Source: a virus
Lineage: Duplodnaviria; Caudoviricetes
Virus record (IMG/VR): IMGVR_UViG_3300042896_000052
Span: 62 to 64,061 of that record
Strand: one strand, 5' to 3'
Length of the DNA: 64,000 nucleotides
The notes under the pieces: model-generated
The model's database searches: none
What the model saw: only the letters and a program-made list of their open reading frames with translations
Told to the model about the DNA's origin: nothing
Part shown: piece by piece, positions 1 to 8,916 of the stretch
How the letters are laid out: each line of letters opens with the position of its first letter
How positions within the stretch are numbered: position 1 is the stretch's first letter
Translations under genes and position numbers: made by a program

Positions 1-273
1 AGCAGCATCCCGAGTCATGCCAGCAGCTTCATTGACTGCAATAGCGTCCGTAAGCTTGGTTTCGAGCGCCTTAACATTTGCGGTCAGTGCAGTCTCTACA
101 CCTGCAAGCTTGGTGTTTAGTGCCGCTTCCGTAGTTCCAAGCTGGGCCAGCAAGTCAGCCTTAGTGGTTCCCAAGTTCGTAGCAACGTCTGCAATAGCCT
201 TTTGCGTAGCAGCATCCCGAGTCATGCCAGCAGCTTCATTGACTGCAATAGCGTCCGTAAGCTTGGTTTCGAG
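1..273. repeat. 207-bp (69-aa) coding tandem repeat
   Basis: 1-66 is identical to 208-273; 81-205 is identical to 63876-64000. Unit LETKLTDAIAVNEAAGMTRDAATQKAIADVATNLGTTKADLLAQLGTTEAALNTKLAGVETALT. Confidence 0.95.
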
Positions 274-3200
274 GGTAGCTACGTCCGTTTTAACGCCAGC
301 CACGTCCGTCTTAACGCCAGATACATCAGCACCAAGGCTCTTTAGCTGACTATTGAAGTCTGCCTTGACCAAGTTAATAGCATCGAGTGTCGCTTGATTA
401 GCCCCAACGGAGAGGTTATCTAGCTGTTCAAAGATTGAGTTGTATCGCGCTGCCTCCAGCCCTGCAGTGGCCTTACCCGCAAGCTCAGATTCCGAGTACA
501 CCCCAACAAGTTTGGCAATATCCGCCTGAGTAGGTTTTGCTAGGCCGAGGGCCGCGTACGCAGCTTGAACTTCCCCGGCATCAGTTACCCTAGGGTCGGT
601 ATAGGTTGCGGCTTCTGCTTTAACTGCAGCTTCAGTAACGTCTGCACCGCTACGGACGAACTGGGCGACTTCTTCAGCCGTTGGGTTTGTGTACCCCAGA
701 TCAGTAAGGGTTTGGCGGGCCTCCGCCTCAGTAACCTGCCTAGGGTTTACATAGGCCTCCACTGCGGCCTTAGCATCAGCCTCCGAAATCTTACCCGCCA
801 AGCTTAGGGCCTCGGCGTCGGTCATGTTGTTGTACCCAAGATCCCGCATCATCTGCTGAGCTTCTTGGGTCGTGGTAGCTAGCGGATCGTACTTAGTCGC
901 AACCGCACCTAGCGAGGCTGCTTCATTAGTCTTTCCGATGTACGCATTGACTTCCTCTTGCGTTGGGTCTGTGTACCCGAGGTCTGTCAGCATCTGCCGA
1001 ACTTCTGCCTCATCCGTAACCAGCGGGTCTATAAACGAGTCGATAGCTGCAGGGGCGAAGTTGGGCGGGACGCTGCTGGTAAGTTGTTCTTTTACACCTA
1101 GGGCAGCATCGCTAATCGTTATGTCCCCGAGCTTTAACGGTGTCTCCTTATCGCTAGCAGTCCCAACAACCATATTGGGGTTCAGGGTACTCATGTCCGC
1201 GACTTGCGACCCACTACGTAACCCCCCAAGCGTCAGGTCTTCCCCTGTTGTAGTCCTACCGATAACCGTACTTGGAGCCATGATAGCGCCAGTAGTCCCC
1301 GCGCCGATCATTGCAGAGAACGTAGCCTGTACGTTTGCGGTTCCAATATCTAGTTCGGCGGATGGATCAATGAATTTCTGCTGGATAAGCGTTTGGGTAA
1401 ACGTCTCAATGTACTCGCCAGCCGCACTAGTAGCCACTGCTTTTGTACCCTGAAGTGCAACGTTTGCAGCAGCACCTACCCCCCGTAAGTATGGAACCAG
1501 TATCGCAGCGTTGGCTAGAGCGTTTGCCGGCGCAGTAGTTGCGGCAGATAGCATCCCCCCGGTTACAGCGGCAGCACGAGCATCGGACTCTGAAGCCCCA
1601 GCTTTTATTTTGCCGTCGTAAATCGCTTTACCAGAAGAGCCGAAGACCTCTATACCATCAATAGCAGTTGCAACAACCGTGGCCAATGCAACTCCTGCGG
1701 CTACGGGGGCTCCAAGGACAGTTGCAAGCGCCCCTGCAACTAAAGCCCCCCCGATAGGCAACAATTCCTGCGACCCCTCGCGCCCAAGGTATGCAAAGTA
1801 TGCTGCGGGGTTCTCTTTAACAAGCTGAGCCGTTGCTTTGGCCTGATCGAACATACTACCGGTCTTAGCGATCTCCTTCATTCGCTTCGCTGTTGCATCC
1901 ATCTGCGCGATTACGCTAGCGGGGGTATTAGCGTTACCCCAATCCTGCATAGTCTTGCCGAGGTTTGCGGCAGTATTATTCATGTCCGTGCCGAAGGCAA
2001 GGGAGTACGCGTTCGCCCATGTTTCTACCTGCTGCCCAACACCGGAGGCTAGCGCAGCGGCAATAGGCTTGAGAATATTTGCATTCTCTGGGTCTGCCAT
2101 CGTGGCTACCGCAAATATTTCCGCACGGGATGGCTCAGTAGCGCGAACAGTAATCTCAGTTGCGTCGTACGCGTTTGTATCCGGGTTCCAAATCTTCGGG
2201 GCGGTTGCAGCGTCGGACATGACCCACACCGGGTTACCTTTGTCAGTCAACACCAACTCTGCAGTACCGGCATTAAATTCGTCATTTGTTGCGAGGCGTC
2301 TACCTTCAGGCGTAGTGTATTCAGCCGCAGGGGGTTTATGCCAATCGCCATAAGCGGAACCAACTACTTCAACGCTCCAAGGAGCGCTGCCCGTTGCGAT
2401 TGTGGCGAGGGTTGTTGTGTTGCCGTTGACGATATCCTGTATCGACGCACCCTGCAGTACTTTTAGATTGTTCCCGTATTGGCGATCTACGTAGTCAATT
2501 ATTTTAGATACTTCCTCTGGGGGTGCCGTGGCTATGTCGAGTCCCTTGCTCTCTAGGGCTGCAATTACAAGGCGGGACCGCTCTGCACCAATGGTAGCTT
2601 CTGCGGCTTTAAGGTTCGTAGGGGCCTTTGCGTCCTTACCAGTATTCATCCAATGCGTGTACGGATCTGTCCCCGTAGGGAGGCCATTAATCTCTGCGTA
2701 TTCCTTCGCGTTGAAGTTTGGATCTAGAACCGGAACAAGTTCCCGATTAGCTGTAGCCTCTGCGGCGTCAATCGCGGTTTGAATCGGAGCGGCTGTTTTG
2801 CCTAACCTATCTACCGCATCTGTGTACGTCTGCGCAATGGCGGGCTGTTGCCCCTGCAGGGTACTAACCGTAGCTTGCGCAGCATCGAGGGCCGGTTTGT
2901 ATGTGTTGGTGTAGTCGGTATTAAGCGCCGTTCCGTAAGCATTTGCTGCGGCTGCGGTTGAATTAATAACGGCTACCTGTGCATTTTGTGTTGCGATCGA
3001 CGCCCCGGTAGCTTGCAGTCTAGTTAACTCTGCCCTAGCGGCGGTATCAAGCCCGATAAGCCGGGTCTGCTCCGTTGCGCGAATATCAATTTGCGCCCTT
3101 ATGTTGTTGTAGTCTGCAACAGCGGCTTCCTGCGCAAGCTGGTTATCCTGCAGCTTCGTCCCGGCGGCTTTAGCGGCGGTGTTCGTATCGGAGACACTGC

Positions 3201-4080
3201 CCACTGCAGACTTGAACTCGCTAGTCAGCATATTGCTCAGGGCTTTAGTCCCCGAGGCGGTGAGTGATTTCTCTAGCGCGGCGCTAACGTTCTTCCCCTG
3301 CAACGCTGCGGACGTGGTTGCCATTAACGCATTACCCGCTACCGCTGCCTGCTCTGCGGTTAGCTTAACCCCTGTCGTCTTCTCAAACTCTGCTAACGAT
3401 TTTCCGACAATCTCGCTGGACTGGATGAGCGAGTTAATCAACGATGCGTTTACGTCGCCGTTAGCCAGCTTGGTAGCAACGAGGTTTTGAATGGTGTTGG
3501 CAACCTTCGGATATTCTTTCTGCAGGGTAGCAAACCCATCCACTTTACCTAGTACGACAGGTAACGCAGCGCCGACACCCCCGGTTATAAATGCTTGTAG
3601 CGGGTCACCCCCAGTAACTACCGCACCGGCAGCGGCACCTGCGCCGGCCCCAATGATTTGCCCGGCGGTTTTACCGAATGCTTCGCCAGCAGCTTGACCC
3701 GCAACTTCACCTACCGCAACAGAAACTACTTGCGCTGCGGACGAGATAGCCATCGTCTTTACGACTTCCCCGATATCCTTACCCTTTGCAGCGGCGGCGG
3801 CACCATCAATCAACGGAATAGCCCACGCGTTACCCGTGGCAATCGCGGCTACTTTGGCAATAGCCTTTACCGGATCGTCGGCAATTGCGGCGAGTGTGTC
3901 TTTTACGACCCCACCAACTTGCTCGGCAGCAACGCCTATTGCGTCGTAGACTTGGCTTGTGGCTTCCCGGACGGGAGTAGCGATTGAGCTAGCTACCCCA
4001 CCAACTTGCTCGGCAGCAACGCCTACGGCGTCGTAAATCTGGCTTGCGGCTTCCCGAAAAGGTGTAACAATTGCGCTCAT
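1..4080 (-). CDS. Giant Ala/Gly/Thr-rich internal virion (ejection-type) protein, 5' part; runs off the window edge and probably continues at 64000-63142
   Basis: Not in the ORF track because it has no stop in the window. ATG at 4080 overlaps the upstream TGA (ATGA). Translated by eye: MSAIVTPFREAASQIYDAVGVAAEQVGG..., apparently open for 1360 codons. Has Gly-zipper and hydrophobic segments and internal repeats. Position downstream of the tail nozzle is typical of ejection proteins. Confidence 0.85.
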   Translation of the reverse strand, partial: MSAIVTPFREAASQIYDAVGVAAEQVGGVASSIATPVREATSQVYDAIGVAAEQVGGVVKDTLAAIADDPVKAIAKVAAIATGNAWAIPLIDGAAAAAKGKDIGEVVKTMAISSAAQVVSVAVGEVAGQAAGEAFGKTAGQIIGAGAGAAAGAVVTGGDPLQAFITGGVGAALPVVLGKVDGFATLQKEYPKVANTIQNLVATKLANGDVNASLINSLIQSSEIVGKSLAEFEKTTGVKLTAEQAAVAGNALMATTSAALQGKNVSAALEKSLTASGTKALSNMLTSEFKSAVGSVSDTNTAAKAAGTKLQDNQLAQEAAVADYNNIRAQIDIRATEQTRLIGLDTAARAELTRLQATGASIATQNAQVAVINSTAAAANAYGTALNTDYTNTYKPALDAAQATVSTLQGQQPAIAQTYTDAVDRLGKTAAPIQTAIDAAEATANRELVPVLDPNFNAKEYAEINGLPTGTDPYTHWMNTGKDAKAPTNLKAAEATIGAERSRLVIAALESKGLDIATAPPEEVSKIIDYVDRQYGNNLKVLQGASIQDIVNGNTTTLATIATGSAPWSVEVVGSAYGDWHKPPAAEYTTPEGRRLATNDEFNAGTAELVLTDKGNPVWVMSDAATAPKIWNPDTNAYDATEITVRATEPSRAEIFAVATMADPENANILKPIAAALASGVGQQVETWANAYSLAFGTDMNNTAANLGKTMQDWGNANTPASVIAQMDATAKRMKEIAKTGSMFDQAKATAQLVKENPAAYFAYLGREGSQELLPIGGALVAGALATVLGAPVAAGVALATVVATAIDGIEVFGSSGKAIYDGKIKAGASESDARAAAVTGGMLSAATTAPANALANAAILVPYLRGVGAAANVALQGTKAVATSAAGEYIETFTQTLIQQKFIDPSAELDIGTANVQATFSAMIGAGTTGAIMAPSTVIGRTTTGEDLTLGGLRSGSQVADMSTLNPNMVVGTASDKETPLKLGDITISDAALGVKEQLTSSVPPNFAPAAIDSFIDPLVTDEAEVRQMLTDLGYTDPTQEEVNAYIGKTNEAASLGAVATKYDPLATTTQEAQQMMRDLGYNNMTDAEALSLAGKISEADAKAAVEAYVNPRQVTEAEARQTLTDLGYTNPTAEEVAQFVRSGADVTEAAVKAEAATYTDPRVTDAGEVQAAYAALGLAKPTQADIAKLVGVYSESELAGKATAGLEAARYNSIFEQLDNLSVGANQATLDAINLVKADFNSQLKSLGADVSGVKTDVAGVKTDVATLETKLTDAIAVNEAAGMTRDAATQKAIADVATNLGTTKADLLAQLGTTEAALNTKLAGVETALTANVKALETKLTDAIAVNEAAGMTRDAA

Positions 4081-4544
4081 GCTAGCTCACTTCCAAATGT
4101 AATATGAACTTCGTATGAGCCATCCCCCACGGGGTATATCCTAATGGTCTCGCCTTTAGTTATCGCCTTGCGCCTTTGTGCCTTAAATAGATTTAGAAAC
4201 TTTTCGCCCTCAAACATGGTGTACACATCGGTTATCCCAAGGTTAAAAAGCCGTTTAAAATAGTTGGTCCCGTTGTGTAGTAAATTATGTGCAGTATCTG
4301 CATTAAATGCCCGCATCCATATTCCTTTTGTTTTTGGGGACTCGGGTTTCACCGGGAGAACGTGCCCTAAAAACACAGTATTCCCAAACTGGACGATGTA
4401 CGCATCGTCCATAGCCATCTCCCTAGCTAGCACTAGTAGGGTATCCCGTAGCGAATGTTTCTTTAAATCTTCGGGTGAGATAGAGTTTGCAATGACCGTG
4501 GGGCCATCTAGCTTTTGCTTCCGACTATCAACTATCGTAGCCAT
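4077..4544 (-). CDS. Small alpha/beta protein, possible degenerate GNAT-like acyltransferase
   Basis: ORF 4077..4562; likely start ATG 4544 after GAGGA RBS. Occupies the slot of T7 gp13/P22 gp14-like genes between the nozzle and ejection proteins. Function is inferred from context only. Confidence 0.5.
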   Translation of the reverse strand: MATIVDSRKQKLDGPTVIANSISPEDLKKHSLRDTLLVLAREMAMDDAYIVQFGNTVFLGHVLPVKPESPKTKGIWMRAFNADTAHNLLHNGTNYFKRLFNLGITDVYTMFEGEKFLNLFKAQRRKAITKGETIRIYPVGDGSYEVHITFGSELA

Positions 4545-4545
4545 A

Positions 4546-5652
4546 CTATATCCTCGGGTCAAAAAGTGCTGCAGCGTATACGTTACCCATACCCGCAGCT
4601 AAACTTAAAAAAATCCCGGAAGTAGCAGGGACGTCGTGAGACAGGAACACGTTGTCAATGTCGGTTCGATTCGCTATACCGGGTATGATGCCACGATTCA
4701 AGTCATCTAGCAATAGTCCGGTCTCAAGGAGTCCGCTAGCTGCTAAGGTATGCCCGATTCGTTGTTTATACGAGGTTGCAACAAACTCCGGTAAGACCGA
4801 CAGGATACCCGCTTTCTCAGCATTATTGTTAGTGGCCGTACCAGTTCCGTGTGTCTTTACGATGTTCACTTCGCTAGGCGCTAGCTTGGCCACCATAAGC
4901 GCTCCCTCGATAGCTTTGCGGTATCCTTGCCCGTCAGCGCGTTGTCCCAGCGGGTTTGCAAAATCTTCTGCAGCGACGTATGCCCCAAGAAATTTAGCTC
5001 GCGGAGTATCAACTGGGTTTCTCTCAAAAATAGCGAGGGCCGCACCTTGCCCAATATTAAACCCAGCGTTTATGGGATCAAAGGCGGAAGGTTTTACGTT
5101 GCTCTCGTCCTTAACCAGCAGGCTAGCTTTTGCTTGCCCAAAGAACTCAAGGGTAGAGTTATTCACTGAGTCTTCCATACCGAGCACGATAAACCGATCA
5201 AACCCAAAATTGTCCATCAGGTTCTTCATCTCCATAAGCACTTTTAGGCTCGATGCGCAGGCGCTAGCGTCTGTGGATACGTAGTCAGACACCCCGAACA
5301 TACTGGCAACGCGCCCCGCATAGATGTTGGTTAGGCATACAAGCGGCAGCTTAAAGCGATAGTGCAGGGTTGAGTCCTCAGCATACTCTTTCTTTCCTCG
5401 AACACCCGCCCATCCTTGGGAGCCCCCCGCAAGGATAAAGCCGGTCTTACCCGCCACGGGGTTGTCGCTAACGTATGCAAGAAGTTCTGGCGTGATGACT
5501 TTATTCGCAAGGACGTGCGCCGGATATACCATCCCCGTCTTGGCTCGCTCATAGGTCTCTGGGAACCAATGTACCCGTTGCGGATACGGATGATCTAAGA
5601 TTACGTCAGTGTGTGCGGTAGACGCGGTAGCATAGCGGGACAGGTAAATCAT
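4546..5652 (-). CDS. Beta-ketoacyl-ACP synthase (FabB/FabF-like ketosynthase)
   Basis: Catalytic motifs DASACASS (Cys codon 5257-5259), KTHGTGT (His 4849-4851) and YKQRIGHTLAASG (His 4750-4752); also GFNIGQGA and C-terminal AGMGN (FGFGG equivalent). Confidence 0.93.
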   Translation of the reverse strand: MIYLSRYATASTAHTDVILDHPYPQRVHWFPETYERAKTGMVYPAHVLANKVITPELLAYVSDNPVAGKTGFILAGGSQGWAGVRGKKEYAEDSTLHYRFKLPLVCLTNIYAGRVASMFGVSDYVSTDASACASSLKVLMEMKNLMDNFGFDRFIVLGMEDSVNNSTLEFFGQAKASLLVKDESNVKPSAFDPINAGFNIGQGAALAIFERNPVDTPRAKFLGAYVAAEDFANPLGQRADGQGYRKAIEGALMVAKLAPSEVNIVKTHGTGTATNNNAEKAGILSVLPEFVATSYKQRIGHTLAASGLLETGLLLDDLNRGIIPGIANRTDIDNVFLSHDVPATSGIFLSLAAGMGNVYAAALFDPRI

Positions 5653-5930
5653 TGGATCATCCCCAATGCTTCTTCCGTTGTTACCGGGGACTGTGTTTTA
5701 TGCGCCTGCAAAAGATCATGCAATTCCCGCACAGTTGTGTATTTAAGATCCTGCATAACTGACTCTTCGATGCCGTACACATCCCCAAAGTACATGCTGA
5801 GCATGATGTAGTCTAAGCTATCCAGCCCTAAATTTACAAATTCATCATCTAAGGTATGCGCGAAGCTATCCTCTGCGCTGACAGGTTTAACGAGGGTGAT
5901 AACCCCGTTGAAAAGTTTAATAAAGTCCAT
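5649..5930 (-). CDS. Acyl carrier protein
   Basis: Acidic ~93-aa protein with LGLDSLD phosphopantetheine motif (Ser codon 5817-5819) and TTVRELHD helix IV. Likely start ATG 5930 after GAGGT. ATGA overlap with the ketosynthase. Confidence 0.9.
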   Translation of the reverse strand: MDFIKLFNGVITLVKPVSAEDSFAHTLDDEFVNLGLDSLDYIMLSMYFGDVYGIEESVMQDLKYTTVRELHDLLQAHKTQSPVTTEEALGMIQ

Positions 5931-5991
5931 AAGCACCTCGTATTGAAGGGACTTCATTATGGCGTAAAAGCGAAACTGAATGCCTCGGCAG

Positions 5992-6246
5992 TTAGACTTT
6001 TACTTTGAGCACGTTACCTGCAGTGGTATCGCGGTACACATCCCCCACACGGAGCGTAGCTAGTGAAGCTTCAGTTGGCAGGGTTTTGAGGTCTAAGTTT
6101 AACCCAGCTACGCTCAGTAACTGCACCGCATTTAAATCCACAAAATACAACCGCAAGACGTTAAGTAGTTTGCTCATGTGCCCAGCATCGTACTCCGCAG
6201 GGGCCACCGGTAAGTTGGGTGGGTTGCGGGTGTTGAACATCCCCAT
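5992..6246 (-). CDS. Small virion protein downstream of tail nozzle
   Basis: Likely start MGMFNTRNPPNLPVAPAEYD...LRLYF at 6246; structural operon context. Confidence 0.6.
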   Translation of the reverse strand: MGMFNTRNPPNLPVAPAEYDAGHMSKLLNVLRLYFVDLNAVQLLSVAGLNLDLKTLPTEASLATLRVGDVYRDTTAGNVLKVKV

Positions 6247-6247
6247 A

Positions 6248-8395
6248 TCAACCCCTCCGTCCGTCAGGGCGTATGTCAATCCGGGGTGAACCTAGCTGCC
6301 ACTGAACACCAAGCGCCGTAGAGTTAACCTTAATGGACATTTGCCGGCCGCGCACGCGAACAAATACTTGCCCGGTGAACTGCTCTACGGGAACTGTTGC
6401 CGACCTAACCACCGGAGCCGTGTTCGTACCGCCCACCGAAGTAGGATCGTTGTAGCCCGAGCCAGAGTTTTTAAGTGGTAGCAAGGTCATGGAGATCGCG
6501 GGGTTCTCGGCTGTAGACCCTCTGAATGTGACATCCGGCAGTATGCGGTTGATGAAAGCAAACTGGTGCCCATCCCCGATATCAAACTCTGAAGACGTAA
6601 TCGTGGCTTCGATTGGTAGCAACGCATTGATCCCATAGATACCATCATCCACACCATTCTCATGCTGTACGATATTGTTTGCATATGTTGCAGCTATCGG
6701 GTACTCCGTAATACCGCTGTCCAACCATGCGGTGCGCCCCATAGTCCCGTAGTACCACACATCCTCCACGTAGTTATAGATGACGTATTTGTCAACTACC
6801 GTAGAGTTCGCAGCGCAGTAAAACCACCAAATCTCGTTAAACCCCTCATTGGTTCCCGCAGTTACTTGGTACCGTTGCGTGAAGTTAAGGTCTCCGAACA
6901 CGTACTGGCGCAGGTCACATCGTAGTGTGGAGACCGTACCGTCGTACTTATAGAACTTGTCGATGCCCATCCAATAGGCTACCCCCGAGGCGACAATCGC
7001 ACTATTTGGCCCCATGCTAGACACGTTATCCGCCAAAAGGGTTGAGCCCCATACGACAGGAGCCCCAAGGAACTGCAGGGAGTACATCGCTTGGTCAGTC
7101 CAAACCAGAATCTCCTGCCGCACTTGGATTGCAGTGGATATCTCAGACCCATGCGATAGGCGCAAGTCCCCGGCTTGGTTCAATGCCGTTGGTGTCCAGT
7201 CGGTAATATTCTCTTGATCGCACCAGCGGATTAGCATCGGGTCAAGTACCGCGCTACCGATTGGATTGGCTCCAAATGCAAGGACGAAACGCGATACGTC
7301 CGACACAAGGATGTCCTGCACCGTAGTGGGCACCCCCGTTGCGCCGGGTAGTGACGTGACATTCACGGCCCGAACGGAAGGGCCTGTAGAAGAATACCAG
7401 TAGTACAAGCCACCATAGCGCGGCACAAACACCAAGTCTTCTCCGAAATTCATCTGCGACCACAGACGGAGTTCTGCGTTGCTGACCGTACCCACACCCC
7501 AAGAGCCATAGCCCCAAGGGCCGGCACCCCACCCGCGAGACGGAATTTGATACTCCGGACCCGTATTGATCTGGTAGGCTGCTAGAACAGCAGTGCCGCC
7601 GCCCGTAGCAGTGGATGTAGCTGCGGTAGCCGCAACAAACTCATAGCTGTCCGCATCCACAACCCGCGTTATCTGCTGCTCTTTGTTTATGTCCCCCGCA
7701 GGGACGCCCCCGGTAGCCGTAGCCCCGCTAAAGGTAACGAAGTCGTTGGCAATTGCGCCATGAGCGGTGTGCGTTACCGTGATGGTGTTGGAGGTATTTA
7801 CCGTTGCGAACGGATTAGCACCCAGTGTCTGCGCTTGAATAATGTATGCAGCAGCAACAGCACCACCGCCAGTAGCTACGGATGTAGCGGCAGTTGCGAC
7901 CAAGATATGGTACGTGTTGGCAGCTATCGGGCCAATAATCGTGTGCTGCTGACTCAAGTCAGCGGCTGGAACACCACCTACTACGCCGGAACCCGTGAAA
8001 GTAACTAAGTCCCCTATCTGCGCCCCGTGAGCAGCATCAGTTACCAGAATGTCGGTAGGTGCCCCTAGGTTGGTAGTAAACGGGTTGGTGAGTGCTGCGC
8101 TGTAGTCATACGTGCGGATTGGAGTGATGTCGAAATAGGAGCCACCACGGGCTACATAGAACTTCAAATCCGTACCTAGCCCAAGGTATTTAATGCTGCT
8201 AAGGGTTACCCACTGCCATAAGGAACGGCATACGCCGAGGAACGTGTTAGCGGAGACACGCATCCAACCGCCAATTTTCTCAGGTGTACCTTGGCGAAAG
8301 CGTATTTTGTCGGATTCGTACCACCCACCCTCTGTTGTGTAGCGGGTATTTTCACGGTTTAGGCCACTCTTAAGTGTAATCTTCTGTAATGGCAC
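6248..8395 (-). CDS. Tail nozzle / stabilization protein (P22 gp10 / T7 gp12-like) with two inserted beta domains
   Basis: 715 aa beta-propeller-like pattern (IRWCDQEN, EILVWTD, EIWWFY, RGRQMSIK); duplicated NPF-T...VT-AHGA--GD-VTF insert. Confidence 0.75.
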   Translation of the reverse strand: MPLQKITLKSGLNRENTRYTTEGGWYESDKIRFRQGTPEKIGGWMRVSANTFLGVCRSLWQWVTLSSIKYLGLGTDLKFYVARGGSYFDITPIRTYDYSAALTNPFTTNLGAPTDILVTDAAHGAQIGDLVTFTGSGVVGGVPAADLSQQHTIIGPIAANTYHILVATAATSVATGGGAVAAAYIIQAQTLGANPFATVNTSNTITVTHTAHGAIANDFVTFSGATATGGVPAGDINKEQQITRVVDADSYEFVAATAATSTATGGGTAVLAAYQINTGPEYQIPSRGWGAGPWGYGSWGVGTVSNAELRLWSQMNFGEDLVFVPRYGGLYYWYSSTGPSVRAVNVTSLPGATGVPTTVQDILVSDVSRFVLAFGANPIGSAVLDPMLIRWCDQENITDWTPTALNQAGDLRLSHGSEISTAIQVRQEILVWTDQAMYSLQFLGAPVVWGSTLLADNVSSMGPNSAIVASGVAYWMGIDKFYKYDGTVSTLRCDLRQYVFGDLNFTQRYQVTAGTNEGFNEIWWFYCAANSTVVDKYVIYNYVEDVWYYGTMGRTAWLDSGITEYPIAATYANNIVQHENGVDDGIYGINALLPIEATITSSEFDIGDGHQFAFINRILPDVTFRGSTAENPAISMTLLPLKNSGSGYNDPTSVGGTNTAPVVRSATVPVEQFTGQVFVRVRGRQMSIKVNSTALGVQWQLGSPRIDIRPDGRRG

Positions 8396-8403
8396 GGTTC
8401 ACC

Positions 8404-8916
8404 TCATGCGGTCATGGCAAGGGCTTCATTGTTGACAGCTTCAACGCGTGTCTCCCAGCCTTTGCCAAATGTTGTAAATGTAGGTAGCTCCTTGAGGAAC
8501 GCCAACCTTGCGTCATTGTAGTCCTCAATGAGTTTTTTAAGGTCTTTTCCCGCCAGTATGAGAATGGTCTTGGGCCCGATGAACCCATCCGGCAACGTGC
8601 CCACTAGCTTCTGCAGCACCTTAGCAGCCCGTCCGGGGCCGGAGTTCACCGCGAAATCAAACACGGCATGGTCTAAACCTGCTGGCAGCAGATCACCGGA
8701 CACCTTGTCCCAGTACTTGCGGCGGTACATGGGGTGGATGTTCATCGGCTTCAGGGCACGCATATCCTTCTCAGTCACGGGGTGGCCGACCCACTCTTCC
8801 CATACTGCTTTGGTAACGCCCATGTTTGTCATACCTCCGGGATCGAGCGGATGGTGAACGTACCCCCCTTCATGCGAGAGTAGTGCCGTCATTGCCGTAG
8901 CGAACGTTTCTTTCAT
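8404..8916 (-). CDS. Endolysin, glycoside hydrolase family 108 with peptidoglycan-binding domain
   Basis: HEGGYVHHPLDPGGMTNMGVT, FDFAVNSG, DGFIGPKT, FGKGWETR motifs. Confidence 0.93.
   Translation of the reverse strand: MKETFATAMTALLSHEGGYVHHPLDPGGMTNMGVTKAVWEEWVGHPVTEKDMRALKPMNIHPMYRRKYWDKVSGDLLPAGLDHAVFDFAVNSGPGRAAKVLQKLVGTLPDGFIGPKTILILAGKDLKKLIEDYNDARLAFLKELPTFTTFGKGWETRVEAVNNEALAMTA

Noticed and set aside
17-3987. Plus-strand ORFs across 17-3987
   Set aside because: Antisense shadows of the giant minus-strand gene; no RBS or motifs.
4546-5930. KS/ACP as host contamination or a full PKS cluster
   Set aside because: Genes are tightly packed with phage genes on both sides and co-oriented; no other fab or PKS genes are present.
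5931-5991. Internal promoter for the ACP-KS cassette (CATAAT on the minus strand)
   Set aside because: No convincing -35 at the correct spacing; insufficient evidence.
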